64,000 nucleotides of DNA from an uncultured Pseudomonadales bacterium (GCA_964455555.1 CAYVXV010000002.1:67677-131676); one strand, 5' to 3'; counted from the stretch's first letter, positions 29,833-39,899 are shown. Notes: generated by a model not told the origin, from the letters alone. Made by a program: numbers and translations.

Positions 29833-30929
29833 GCAGAATTCCAATGGTAGATCTACAAGCTCAATATCAAAGTATTAAAGATGAAATTGATGCTGCTTTT
29901 TCTTCAGTAATTTCCGACACCGCCTTTGTTGGCGGAAAATACGTTAAACAGTTTGAAGAAGATTTGGCTGAGTATTTATCTGTACCGTATGTTATTGGAG
30001 TAAATTCGGGGACAGACGCACTCTTTCTTTCGCTTAAGGCACTTAATATAGGGAAGGGTGATGAAGTCATTACCACACCATTTACTTTCTTTGCTACTGC
30101 GGAAGTTATTGCCCAAACCGGTGCCACTCCCGTTTTTGTTGATATTAATCCTAATACATTTAACATTAATGTTGATTTAATAGAAGAAGCCATAACCAAA
30201 AATACCAAAGCAATTATACCTGTACATCTTTATGGTTTACCTGCAGAAATGAGTAAGCTAATGAAGATTGCAGATAAACATAAGCTTGAGGTAATCGAGG
30301 ACGCATGTCAAGCTATTGGTGCAAGAATTGGCAATAAAAGGGTTGGTACTATTGGCACTACTGGGTGCTTTAGCTTTTTTCCTTCAAAGAATTTAGGTGC
30401 CTATGGAGATGGCGGTGCTGTTGTAACACATGATAAAAACATATATAACAAAATTATTAAACTAAGAAATCATGGTTCTAAAAAGAAATACTTTAATGAA
30501 GAACTTGGGTTTAGCAGCAGATTAGATGGGCTACAGGCAGCAATACTGAGTGCAAAGCTGCCCTATTTAGATAAATGGAATGAACTACGAAGACACCATG
30601 CTCAGGGCTATTCAAAAGCACTAGCAGAAAATGAATCCCTGACTACTCCGAAATATGATTTTGATTCAGATAAGTACCATGTCTTTCATCAATACACAAT
30701 TAGAACTGAAAATAGAAGTAGAATACAAAACATCCTAGTTGAAAATGGTATCGATAGTATGATCTATTATCCTGTACCCCTTCATCTTCTTCCTGCATTT
30801 GAGTACCTTGGTTATACAGAGGGGGATTTTCCAGAAGCTGAAAAGGCAAGTAGTGCAGTGTTAAGTTTGCCGATGTATCCAGAATTACAACAAAGTATTA
30901 TCTCCATAATTACTGGCTCGATACAGTGA
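29829..30929 (+). CDS. wbpE: DegT/DnrJ/EryC1-type PLP-dependent sugar aminotransferase, WbpE-like
   Basis: ...VIGVNSGTDAL...CFSFFPSKNLGAYGDGGAV... gives the PLP-lysine motif of DegT family. Confidence 0.8.
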   Translation: MSRIPMVDLQAQYQSIKDEIDAAFSSVISDTAFVGGKYVKQFEEDLAEYLSVPYVIGVNSGTDALFLSLKALNIGKGDEVITTPFTFFATAEVIAQTGATPVFVDINPNTFNINVDLIEEAITKNTKAIIPVHLYGLPAEMSKLMKIADKHKLEVIEDACQAIGARIGNKRVGTIGTTGCFSFFPSKNLGAYGDGGAVVTHDKNIYNKIIKLRNHGSKKKYFNEELGFSSRLDGLQAAILSAKLPYLDKWNELRRHHAQGYSKALAENESLTTPKYDFDSDKYHVFHQYTIRTENRSRIQNILVENGIDSMIYYPVPLHLLPAFEYLGYTEGDFPEAEKASSAVLSLPMYPELQQSIISIITGSIQ

Positions 30930-31969
30930 AAATTTTTACTGGTTATACAAATATTGCAGGGCACAGCAGTAGTCTAGTAACGGAGCTGAGAAAGCGGAAT
31001 ATAGTAGCAACATTTATTTCATTTTCTCCACATAAATATGGTTACGATAGTAGTTTCCCTACATTAAATATTGAAAGATTTCAACTATCTCAAAAAAGCA
31101 TGTTTTCTCTTTCTGGTTTTATATCGAGACTTGAACTTTTAATCGTATTGATTGTGAATTTTATTAAAATAGGTTCAAATCATGACACCTTTGTTTTTTG
31201 GGCGGGAAAATCTTTGTTGCCAGGAAATCTTGACCTACCCATTTTAAAATTACTAAAAAAAAATGTGATTATGATATTTGTTGGTACCTTTGCCCGAGGT
31301 GGAGAATTTTCAAAACTGATTCAGGAAAGACCTTTCTCACCTTATTCAAATTATAAGCCAAATAGATTAATGGAATTTAGAAGGTCATTACAAATTAGGT
31401 TTATTGAAGTATTTTCAGATATTAGATATGCTCAAAAAGAATATGATCATTTTTTAACAAAGGACTATTTTAAGTATTTTCAGCCTTTTCCTACATACAG
31501 TAAAACTAATAGTAGAAATACATCAAATAGATTTAAAATAACCCATAGCCCTAGTAATCGTCATATTAAAGGAACTGAATATGTAATTAGTGCCATAAAT
31601 AAACTTAATAACTTTTATGATTTTGATTTTGAACTTCTTGAGAACATTCCTAATGATGAAGTTATCAAAAAATTATCTTCCAGTTCATTACATATTGACC
31701 AACTCCTACTTGGAGGCTATGGCACATCAGCTATTGAAGCAATGTCATTTGGAATACCTGTTGTTGCAAACATTAGTTGCATTGATAACAAAAGCAGTTG
31801 CCCTATCATACATGCAACACCAGATACATTATATGAGGTAATTGAAGATATTATTGTTAATAATAAAATTCCAGACAGCAAAACTTTGCAAAGATATGTT
31901 TTTAAGAATCACGATATTGAAATATTTACAAATAGGTTAGTGAGTGATATTCATGAAATTGAGTCGTAA
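30926..31969 (+). CDS. Hypothetical protein, possible GT-B-type glycosyltransferase
   Basis: C-terminal ...LLGGYGTSAIEAMSFGIPVVAN... resembles the GT-B nucleotide-sugar-binding motif. Very AT-rich, about 28% GC. Confidence 0.35.
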   Translation: MKIFTGYTNIAGHSSSLVTELRKRNIVATFISFSPHKYGYDSSFPTLNIERFQLSQKSMFSLSGFISRLELLIVLIVNFIKIGSNHDTFVFWAGKSLLPGNLDLPILKLLKKNVIMIFVGTFARGGEFSKLIQERPFSPYSNYKPNRLMEFRRSLQIRFIEVFSDIRYAQKEYDHFLTKDYFKYFQPFPTYSKTNSRNTSNRFKITHSPSNRHIKGTEYVISAINKLNNFYDFDFELLENIPNDEVIKKLSSSSLHIDQLLLGGYGTSAIEAMSFGIPVVANISCIDNKSSCPIIHATPDTLYEVIEDIIVNNKIPDSKTLQRYVFKNHDIEIFTNRLVSDIHEIES

Positions 31970-32475
31970 TTCTCAATATGTTTTACGATTTTTGCTGGAA
32001 CTCCCGCAAGTATTACATTCTCTTCCTTGAAAGATTTTGTTACTACCGCACCAGCAGCAACTATTGTATGTTCCCCTATTTCAACTTCTGGCAATATCAC
32101 AGCATTTGCACCAATCCAGCAATTTGATTTTATTTTGATTGGTTTAGCTCTGTTCCATATTTTAAAATTATTAACGTCATGGTTTGCTGAAATAATTTTT
32201 ACACCTGGTCCAATGTAAATATTATCTTGTAATACAATTCCATTAGCAGCCTGAGTGTAGCATCCGGGCATAAATCCTGGATAATATTTAGACTTGCCCA
32301 TGGTAATTTTGTTGTGGCTTGTGACAATAGACGACCAGTGTACTAACCAAGGGACATTTCCATTTATTCTTAGAATTCTTTGAAATAAGTAATATTGAAA
32401 ATACTTGGAAAATCCTAAAGACATAACTTTAGGTGGCAAAATTTTTTTTATGATTGTTTTTAGTAAAAGTTTCAT
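31951..32475 (-). CDS. Hexapeptide-repeat sugar O-acetyltransferase (WcaF/LacA/NodL-like)
   Basis: ...IGPGVKIISANHDVNNF...NCWIGANAVILPEVEIGEHTIVAAGAVVTKS... matches the LbH acetyltransferase signature. Confidence 0.7.
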   Translation of the reverse strand: MKLLLKTIIKKILPPKVMSLGFSKYFQYYLFQRILRINGNVPWLVHWSSIVTSHNKITMGKSKYYPGFMPGCYTQAANGIVLQDNIYIGPGVKIISANHDVNNFKIWNRAKPIKIKSNCWIGANAVILPEVEIGEHTIVAAGAVVTKSFKEENVILAGVPAKIVKHIENYDSIS

Positions 32476-32490
32476 ATTCTAATGGTTTTT

Positions 32491-33615
32491 CTAAGTATAT
32501 AGATTTAAGAGAATTTTTTCTTCCATTTCCCAATTAAATAATTTTCTTGCTGAAATAGCTTTTGCCTCCTGTTTGTGGACTGCTATTTTATTTAATTGAT
32601 TTAATAATTCCCCCAATTGTTCTTCATGTGGGGAAATAATCCAGCCACATTGATACTCTTCGACAATATTTTTCATTTCAGGGAAATCACTAACTATTAT
32701 TGGAGTACCACCATGGAGATACTCAAATATTTTATTGGGGAGTGATAGGTATACATTTTTACTGGTAGCTTTTGAAATATTAAACCCCACATCAAATTCA
32801 GAAGTGATGGAGGATATATCCTCCATAGGAACTGGAGGATGAAAATGTATATTTGAAAATCTATTACTATATGAAATAACTTTACTTTCCATCGAACCAA
32901 AACCTACAAATACAATATGGTGAGAAGTATTTTTACTAAAAGTTTCTAAAAGCAAATCAATATTTCTATTTGCTCCAAACATTCCAATAAGACCGAATAG
33001 GAGCCCATCTTTTTTTATGCCATACTTCTTTTTTAAATTATACTTACTGTTCTTAGGCTGCTTATAGATAGGGATATTTCGAATTACATGAATTTGACTT
33101 TTAGGAATTGAGTACAATTCAATATATTTATTACGTATTGAATTATTTACAACTATGATTGAATCAATAAATCGTAACGATATTTTTTCAATAATATAGA
33201 AAAATTTGAGAATATAAGAAGGTTCATCTCGTTCAGTTTCTAGTTCATGTGCATCGTAAATTAATTTACTACCTAAGATAAGCTTGGTTGTGACTCCTAT
33301 TAGCAATGTTTCTGTATTGTGACAATGAACTACCTGCGGCTTTTTTAAGACTACTTGAAAAAATGCCATGAATTGCCATAGCAAGTATGAAATGTGTTGG
33401 AATACGCTTCCAGGATTAAATAGGTGTGAAAGATTATTAAGTCGTAGTATCTTAGTCTTATTATTTAATTTTGTAATTTGAGGCAACTTTTTATCACGAA
33501 GAGCAGTAATAAGGTATAACTTCTCTGCGGAGTCTAAACCAGAGATGCTTTTCAACTCTTTTAATATCCTAGAGTCAAACTCCATAAAGTCATAGGTTAG
33601 GTGTACAACAGTCAT
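32491..33615 (-). CDS. GT4-like (GT-B) glycosyltransferase
   Basis: C-terminal ...LPNKIFEYLHGGTPIIVSDFPEM... (EX7E-like). N-terminal domain typical of GT4. Confidence 0.65.
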   Translation of the reverse strand: MTVVHLTYDFMEFDSRILKELKSISGLDSAEKLYLITALRDKKLPQITKLNNKTKILRLNNLSHLFNPGSVFQHISYLLWQFMAFFQVVLKKPQVVHCHNTETLLIGVTTKLILGSKLIYDAHELETERDEPSYILKFFYIIEKISLRFIDSIIVVNNSIRNKYIELYSIPKSQIHVIRNIPIYKQPKNSKYNLKKKYGIKKDGLLFGLIGMFGANRNIDLLLETFSKNTSHHIVFVGFGSMESKVISYSNRFSNIHFHPPVPMEDISSITSEFDVGFNISKATSKNVYLSLPNKIFEYLHGGTPIIVSDFPEMKNIVEEYQCGWIISPHEEQLGELLNQLNKIAVHKQEAKAISARKLFNWEMEEKILLNLYT

Positions 33616-34667
33616 TTGAGAAGTGCCCTTGCAATCTTTTCAGAACTTTTTCCATCACCATACAAATTATTTTCCATTTCCATTACTTGCAGTATTTTAT
33701 CGACTTTACTTTGTATATCTGCTGGTTCAGAAAGTATATTCCATCCTAGTTCAATTAATTCTCTCCACGCCGTGTCTTCCATAATTACAATAGCTCTCTT
33801 TTTTGCAAAATAGGCTTCTTTTTGCAAACCACCACTATCAGTTAAAACAAATGCACAGTTTTGTAATAAACCCATAATTTCAAAGTACCCTACGGGTTCA
33901 ATTACCTTGACATTATTTAGTAATCCATCTAATTTAAATGAGTTAATCCTTTTCTTTGTTCTTGGATGTATGGGTAATACTATTTGGTAATCGTTGGCCA
34001 ACTTATTTAATTGAGATAATATTATTCTTAAAGTTCTCTTATTATCTACGTTAAAATCTCGATGCAATGTACATAAAATGTATTTATTGGCTTCAAGTCC
34101 CAATTTTTTTGGAAACTTCTTATTAAATTGAGGCTCAAGTTTTAGATATAAATCATACATAACATCACCAGTTAAATAAACGTTATTTGAAATATTTTCT
34201 CTTCTTAAGTTGTCTACACATAATTTGCTTGGTGCAAAGTGCATCGTAGACAAGTGATCAGTCATTACTCGATTAATTTCTTCAGGCATATCGTTTGGAC
34301 TCATTCTTAAGCCTGCTTCAACATGTGCAACATCAATTTTCATTTTTCTCGCCACTAGAGCGCCTGCCGCAGTAGTGTTGGTATCACCATACACTACAAC
34401 CATGTCTGGCTTTTCTTTGGAAACAACCTCTTCAAAAGATCTCATTATTTCAGCCGTCATTACTGCATGGGAGGCTGACCCAATGTTTAGGTTGTATTTA
34501 GGTGAATGTATTTTAAGATGATCGAAAAAAACATCAGATAAAATCCTGTCATAATGCTGACCAGAGTTTACTAATACTTCCTCAATTCCCCGCTCAAGAA
34601 ATTTTGGCTGAACTGCTGCTTCTTTTATAAATTGTGGCCGTGCGCCAACTAGTGAAATTATTTTCAT
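33612..34667 (-). CDS. wbpI: UDP-N-acetylglucosamine 2-epimerase (non-hydrolysing), WecB/WbpI family
   Basis: MKIISLVGARPQFIKEAAV...VVVYGDTNTTAAGALVARKMKIDVAHVEAGLR... are WecB family signatures. Confidence 0.85.
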   Translation of the reverse strand: MKIISLVGARPQFIKEAAVQPKFLERGIEEVLVNSGQHYDRILSDVFFDHLKIHSPKYNLNIGSASHAVMTAEIMRSFEEVVSKEKPDMVVVYGDTNTTAAGALVARKMKIDVAHVEAGLRMSPNDMPEEINRVMTDHLSTMHFAPSKLCVDNLRRENISNNVYLTGDVMYDLYLKLEPQFNKKFPKKLGLEANKYILCTLHRDFNVDNKRTLRIILSQLNKLANDYQIVLPIHPRTKKRINSFKLDGLLNNVKVIEPVGYFEIMGLLQNCAFVLTDSGGLQKEAYFAKKRAIVIMEDTAWRELIELGWNILSEPADIQSKVDKILQVMEMENNLYGDGKSSEKIARALLK

Positions 34668-34677
34668 AGAAATTATA

Positions 34678-36237
34678 TTAGTTTTTAAATTTTAATTTTT
34701 TTGTGATTAAACTAACTGTATACACCACGTCGTTTCGCAATTCCTTTTGTATTAAAATAAAAGTGGTAAAAATAAGAGTGTAAACTCCTCCTGCAACTAA
34801 GATTTGAGGAAGACCTCTTGGATCAGGTTTTAAAATATACACAAATAAAACAACAGTTACTAATAAACCAATCAACTTTACATATATACTCAATGGGATT
34901 TTAAAACTCACCATCGTACTAATCAAAAATAAATTTCCAAGCATACTAAACAAATAAATTAATAATCCACTCCATACAGCACCAATTAATCCAAATTGAC
35001 TAACTAAAATGGTGCCTGCAATTATACTAAGGATAACAGCCCCGATTGCAATATATAGCCTTTCTTTTATTAGTCCCAATCCCGAAACAATGGTGCTTAA
35101 AAAACCATTTATTAGGTATATTATGAATCCAATTGCCATAATTCTCAAAGGTACGCTGGCGATACTCATCCACTTAGATCCAAATAATGTCTGAATTAGA
35201 GGCTCTGGGAACAAAAATATGAATAAGCAAAAGTACACTGATATCAAAGGACCAATTTTTAACATTTTTTCAGTAACTTGTGCCAACTGAGAGGGCGATT
35301 TTTCATGTAGTCCAGAAACGAGTGGTATAAATGATTTCCACAAGGGTACTAAAAAGATTTGAGGTACACCTACAATTGGAAGAATAATATTATAAGCACC
35401 AACAGCAGCTAATCCTGCAAAATAGGTCAAGAAAAAAATATTTATAAAACTTAAAATCGTTCCTGCGGTAGTGTTCAGAATACTTGGAATAGCGTAGGCA
35501 AGCATTTTATTAAAAAGAGCCCCATCCCATTTTGGCAACTCTATTATATGCCTGAAATCTAAAAAGAATTTCCCAAATATAATTATTGCAGTCAGCAGAT
35601 AGGCTAGCGACCAAAAAAGAAAGTACATATTAACTGAACTAACTCCTGAAAAATACAAATATGCAGTTCCTGCCAATACTAAGCCATAGTACAAAACATC
35701 AATTGCACTATAGATGTTTTCACGCTCATACCCGATATAAAATTTTCGAAAAGCACTTACTATGCTGTGTGATATAAAAAAAATAATACCAATTTTTAAT
35801 AAAGGAACAGCTAATATTTCCTTAAAATATAACTCTGCTAGCCAGTTAGTTGAAAAAAATATTGCAATACTTAACAATGCAGATGTTCCCATTTCAATTA
35901 TGAGATCATATGCAAAAGTGTTCCAGATTGACGATGGTTTATTATGTTTTTTAAATTTTGGAATAAAGTAAGCAACACTATAACCAAATCCCAAATCATT
36001 ATAGTTGCTCAAAATTGTAAACACTGCCATCACCGCATAAAACAACCCAAACATCTCTTGAGATAATGAGCGAGAGAGAAGCATGCGGATAAAATAACCC
36101 AAGGGTGCGCTTAGCAAAGCAAATAATAAGATTGTAATACTGCTTTTGGTGATTTTACCCCTTAATGCAGCTGTTTCATCAATACCAGTACCAACATCAA
36201 TTTCTGAGGCAGCTATTGTATTTTTTGGTTCTTGCAT
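34678..36237 (-). CDS. wzx: Wzx-type oligosaccharide flippase (MOP/PST family)
   Basis: 519 aa, about 14 TM helices, N-terminal PST-family pattern (...FIRMLLSRSLSQEMFGLFYAV...). Confidence 0.7.
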   Translation of the reverse strand: MQEPKNTIAASEIDVGTGIDETAALRGKITKSSITILLFALLSAPLGYFIRMLLSRSLSQEMFGLFYAVMAVFTILSNYNDLGFGYSVAYFIPKFKKHNKPSSIWNTFAYDLIIEMGTSALLSIAIFFSTNWLAELYFKEILAVPLLKIGIIFFISHSIVSAFRKFYIGYERENIYSAIDVLYYGLVLAGTAYLYFSGVSSVNMYFLFWSLAYLLTAIIIFGKFFLDFRHIIELPKWDGALFNKMLAYAIPSILNTTAGTILSFINIFFLTYFAGLAAVGAYNIILPIVGVPQIFLVPLWKSFIPLVSGLHEKSPSQLAQVTEKMLKIGPLISVYFCLFIFLFPEPLIQTLFGSKWMSIASVPLRIMAIGFIIYLINGFLSTIVSGLGLIKERLYIAIGAVILSIIAGTILVSQFGLIGAVWSGLLIYLFSMLGNLFLISTMVSFKIPLSIYVKLIGLLVTVVLFVYILKPDPRGLPQILVAGGVYTLIFTTFILIQKELRNDVVYTVSLITKKLKFKN

Positions 36238-36238
36238 A

Positions 36239-36934
36239 TCAGTTATTCGTACTTAGATTTTTAGATACAAATGTAAAGTTCCAATGATCTCTCCAAATTA
36301 ATTGGTAGCCACATTCTATTAAATACGAAATAGTATTCATTACCCCTCTCTTAGAATACGGCTGATCAAATTCGACACAAATTACAGCAATGCTTATCTT
36401 ATTTTCAATGATATCTTTTATTACTTTATGCTCCGCACCTTCAATGTCTAGTTTTAGCAAATCCAAATGATTGTGTCCGAGTTCATCCATAATTGAATTT
36501 AAACTCTTACATTCTGCTACAAAAAAACTATCTGTTTCTTGTAGGTTTAATATAGAGTGAGACACATGTGTTGGATCAGCGGGTTGGTAAAACTTCTTTT
36601 CTTCATCTTTATTCCAGATTCCATAGGGATAGAATTGCAATTTATCTGAAACAAATTGCTTAATATACTCAATTGACCTAGGCGTAGGATCAAATGCAAC
36701 AACCTTACATTTATACTCCTTAATAAGTTCTTTATCAAATGAAATATTTTCACCAACACCCGCTGAATAACAAATAGCATTTTCATCCAAAATGTTTGTT
36801 GGTATAAACCACCCACCATAGTCATCTCCATACTTTTTTACCACAGTGCGTGTCCTGGTATATAACAGATCAATAAAGTATAAAAATATCAGGTTTTGTA
36901 AATATGAAATAATATCTTTAGTCATAGTTGCCAT
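36239..36934 (-). CDS. FkbM-family SAM-dependent methyltransferase (sugar O-methyltransferase)
   Basis: ...DLLKLDIEGAEHKV... is the FkbM (Methyltransf_21) hallmark; ...CYSAGVGENISFD... is the SAM motif I. Confidence 0.8.
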   Translation of the reverse strand: MATMTKDIISYLQNLIFLYFIDLLYTRTRTVVKKYGDDYGGWFIPTNILDENAICYSAGVGENISFDKELIKEYKCKVVAFDPTPRSIEYIKQFVSDKLQFYPYGIWNKDEEKKFYQPADPTHVSHSILNLQETDSFFVAECKSLNSIMDELGHNHLDLLKLDIEGAEHKVIKDIIENKISIAVICVEFDQPYSKRGVMNTISYLIECGYQLIWRDHWNFTFVSKNLSTNN

Positions 36935-36943
36935 GGATACAAC

Positions 36944-36961
36944 TTATCATTTTTATGATAA
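36944..36961. promoter_or_regulatory. Perfect palindrome TTATCAT-TTTT-ATGATAA in the divergent promoter region; candidate operator for a dimeric regulator
   Basis: The 7+4+7 inverted repeat is read directly. It lies 10-30 nt upstream of the minus-strand ATG (36934) and about 70 nt upstream of the plus-strand ATG (37030). Confidence 0.3.
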
Positions 36962-37017
36962 TTGTGGCAGAACATAATTTTTTACTGTAATTATTAGTCA
37001 AGTCTACCGATTTAATG

Positions 37018-37023
37018 TACACT
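37018..37023 (+). promoter_or_regulatory. -10-like hexamer TACACT, 6 nt upstream of the ATG of 37030 (leaderless-type promoter)
   Basis: TGTACACT-taatct-ATG. The same architecture recurs at other operon starts. Confidence 0.3.
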
Positions 37024-37029
37024 TAATCT

Positions 37030-38307
37030 ATGGTTGTCAAATCCCTCTTTAAATCCCGCGGCCTCTACCAGTCCTTCATCATTATGGTGGGTTCTTTGGT
37101 GGCTTCCGGGCTCTCGGCTATTTCGCTTATTCTGATCACCCGTCAGCTGGGTCCAGCCAAGTTTGGCGAGTTCTCGGTTGGTTTTGCCATTTTGCTGATC
37201 TTGGTGCGCCTTAATGACCTGGGAATGACCAATGTGGTACAAAAATATGCTGCCAGGGAAGAGGACCGGGCCAAAGCCAACAAAATCTTTTCATTTGCCA
37301 CCCGGGTACGGCTCATCGGCACCCTAGTTATCTGGGTCTCGGGTTTGCTGCTGGCCCGACCTATTGCCGATCTGCTCAACTTCTCCGAACCGCTGATTAT
37401 TTATCTGGCTTTTTTCCTGAGCACCGGCATTTCCATGTACGAGCACATCCAGGCCATGCTGCAATCCCTGCACCGCTTTGGCCAGGCTGCCTGGATTAAT
37501 ATTCTGCAGGCAATTGCTAAGGTTCTCGGGGCAGCGGTGCTCTTCTTTACCGCTTCGCACGCCACAGTACCGATTTTTGCCTGGTATGTCTTTGCCCCTG
37601 CGCTGCCGCTTTTGTTCCTGCCCATTTACTTCCCTAAGTGGGTCAAGATCCGCCTCCAGGATAAATTCTCCGACCAGAAAAAACTGCTCACGGTGATGGC
37701 CGGCCACTCAGCGGTGGCTTTCATTGCTGCCGGTATTATTGAGAATATTGATGTCTTATTTGTTCAGCGCTATCTCAGTACCTATGAAGCCGGTTTGCTA
37801 GGTGGGGTTGGACGGGTGGCTTTGCTATTTTCTATCCTGGCTTATGCCCTGAGCTCGGTTTTAAACCCACGGGTGGCTAAATATACCAATGCCAAGGACC
37901 TCAGGGCTTTCTTTAAAAAAGCCTGGCTAATGGCAGGAGCTGCTATGTTGTTCCTGATTGCTTATCTGCCTTTTTCAAAACTGATCCTGCTTTATACCAT
38001 CGGCGAGCAATACCTACCCGGTCTCGATATCATGAATATTCTGGTGGCTTCATCACTTATGACGGTAGCAGTGGTGCCTTTTATTGCCTTTTTCTTTAGC
38101 ATTGACCGTCCCTGGTATTTTTCAGTCAGCGGCCTCACGCAGCTGGCAATAATCCTGGTTGGAAACGGTGTCTTTGTACCTATTTACGGTCTGGAGGCAG
38201 CTGCTTGGACCAGGCTTTTAGCCAGGGCATTTCTGTTTATTATGACCGCGGGCTTGGCGCTCTATTTTATGCGGGATATTAACGTCAAGAGAGGGGTAAA
38301 TGCTTAA
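37030..38307 (+). CDS. MOP-superfamily polysaccharide transporter (second Wzx-like flippase)
   Basis: 425 aa, about 12 TM helices, with ...ITRQLGPAKFGEFSVGFAI... the PST N-terminal motif. GC about 50%, in sharp contrast to the upstream wzx. Confidence 0.65.
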   Translation: MVVKSLFKSRGLYQSFIIMVGSLVASGLSAISLILITRQLGPAKFGEFSVGFAILLILVRLNDLGMTNVVQKYAAREEDRAKANKIFSFATRVRLIGTLVIWVSGLLLARPIADLLNFSEPLIIYLAFFLSTGISMYEHIQAMLQSLHRFGQAAWINILQAIAKVLGAAVLFFTASHATVPIFAWYVFAPALPLLFLPIYFPKWVKIRLQDKFSDQKKLLTVMAGHSAVAFIAAGIIENIDVLFVQRYLSTYEAGLLGGVGRVALLFSILAYALSSVLNPRVAKYTNAKDLRAFFKKAWLMAGAAMLFLIAYLPFSKLILLYTIGEQYLPGLDIMNILVASSLMTVAVVPFIAFFFSIDRPWYFSVSGLTQLAIILVGNGVFVPIYGLEAAAWTRLLARAFLFIMTAGLALYFMRDINVKRGVNA

Positions 38308-39898
38308 AAATCTGAGAGGTTTCTTTGACAAATATCCATGTGCATTATTTGCTCGCTTGGTATTGGGCTATTTGCTCCTAACCTTGCCAGCACTGCTATC
38401 AACCAATCATATTCTCTACAACTTAGAGCCATACCCTGATGGCCTCCTCTACGCACTCTCTGCCCGCAATGCTGCAGAGGGCAGGGGGCTGCAGCTGGTA
38501 AATGAGGACTCAGTCATCCCTATCTGGGTGCCGCCGCTCTATGCCTACTCACTTGTTCCCGGCTACGCACTATCCAGTTCTCCGAACATATATTACGTTA
38601 TAAATGTTTTATTTGGAGTGCTGGCACTTGTACTACTGATGTACCTAGCCAAGAAAATGTTTAAAAGCCCGCTGGCAGGGATAATTGCCGGGGGAGTTTA
38701 CCTGGCTCACGCTCTGGTGACCTGGGTAGCCAGTGTGCCCATGACCGAAAACTTGTCACCGCTGTTGCTGCTGATGGCTCTAACCGGTTTACTGCTGCCC
38801 AGAAGAAAAATCTGGCTGACGGTTTCCCTGGCTGGAATCCTTGGTTTATTTTTAACCCGCTATTCCGTGATCTTAACCGTCTTGATCCTGGCGGCTTTAC
38901 TGGTTGCGCGTTATGCTTGGGGCAAAAACCGTCAGCTTTATACCGTTTCAGCAATAGTAGGCCTTTTGGCCGCTTCGGCCGCAGCCCTGATACTTTCCAC
39001 TCTCAGCAGCCTGAATATATTTACTGTCGCCAGAAGCTTTGTCAGTGCCCTGATGAACGGCACCCAGTATTTCAACCTAGCATTTATCCCCAATAATTTT
39101 GTTCAATATTCTAAAAGCCTACTGGGCTTTCCCACTCAGTTTCTTTGGCAGAATAAGGCCTTTTCTTCAGCTGCCATCACCTTGCCCACACTAGGCTATC
39201 TTCTGCTTCAACTAAATCAAAGGGGTCTCAAGCAAAAATGGCAAAGTCTGGTAATTTTACTGGTTTTTCTATCCCAATACCCAATACTGTTGGTCTTTTA
39301 CACCGTTGATACCCGCTACAGCATTTTGGGCCTTCCGCTCTTGGCCTTAGGTGCAGCCGGTCTTTTTAGTTATCTCAAAAACAAGCATACTCTAAAGATT
39401 GCCGGAGTCGTCCTAGCCCTTATGCTGGGAATCCTAGGTGTAACCCAGCTACCGCTTTACCGCGAAATTTTAGCCAATAATATCCTGCACCGCTCTCAAG
39501 CTTGGCAGTATGAATCGATTCAGCACTTTAACAGTTTTTTTGAGACCAATAACAACCCTGAAGCTATACTTATCACTGCACTGCCGCCTCATTTAGTTGA
39601 AGCTTACCAAAACACTCCCTACAGGCTTTTGCCGCTTTCCGAAAAACAGGAATTTATGCAAAAGAAACTCGATGCCTGGGGCAGCGATGTTTTTTATGAA
39701 GACTTAACCCAAGAGTATGTCCTGAGGCTAGAGAGAGGAGAGCAAATATATATCTCCAATGCTTATATTACCCATCAACATGAAGTAGTTGAAGATTTTG
39801 AACGCTTGGGTCGGGAATTTAATTTAAAACAAGTTTCGGAGGGTTGTGATGGTGCCTGCAATCTTTATCTGCTTCAGCCGCTGCCTGTCCAAAATTAG
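38300..39898 (+). CDS. Polytopic membrane protein with a C-terminal soluble domain; possible GT-C-like enzyme
   Basis: 532 aa, about 12 TM helices. No DE motif; ...EPYPDGLLYALSARN... follows TM1. Its stop abuts the convergent bcp stop with a 1-nt gap. Confidence 0.45.
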   Translation: MLKNLRGFFDKYPCALFARLVLGYLLLTLPALLSTNHILYNLEPYPDGLLYALSARNAAEGRGLQLVNEDSVIPIWVPPLYAYSLVPGYALSSSPNIYYVINVLFGVLALVLLMYLAKKMFKSPLAGIIAGGVYLAHALVTWVASVPMTENLSPLLLLMALTGLLLPRRKIWLTVSLAGILGLFLTRYSVILTVLILAALLVARYAWGKNRQLYTVSAIVGLLAASAAALILSTLSSLNIFTVARSFVSALMNGTQYFNLAFIPNNFVQYSKSLLGFPTQFLWQNKAFSSAAITLPTLGYLLLQLNQRGLKQKWQSLVILLVFLSQYPILLVFYTVDTRYSILGLPLLALGAAGLFSYLKNKHTLKIAGVVLALMLGILGVTQLPLYREILANNILHRSQAWQYESIQHFNSFFETNNNPEAILITALPPHLVEAYQNTPYRLLPLSEKQEFMQKKLDAWGSDVFYEDLTQEYVLRLERGEQIYISNAYITHQHEVVEDFERLGREFNLKQVSEGCDGACNLYLLQPLPVQN

Positions 39899-39899
39899 C

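Noticed and set aside
37324-37707. 127-aa and 74-aa minus-strand ORFs inside the second flippase gene
   Set aside because: They are shadow ORFs in a ~50% GC region, antisense to a 12-TM MOP-family gene.
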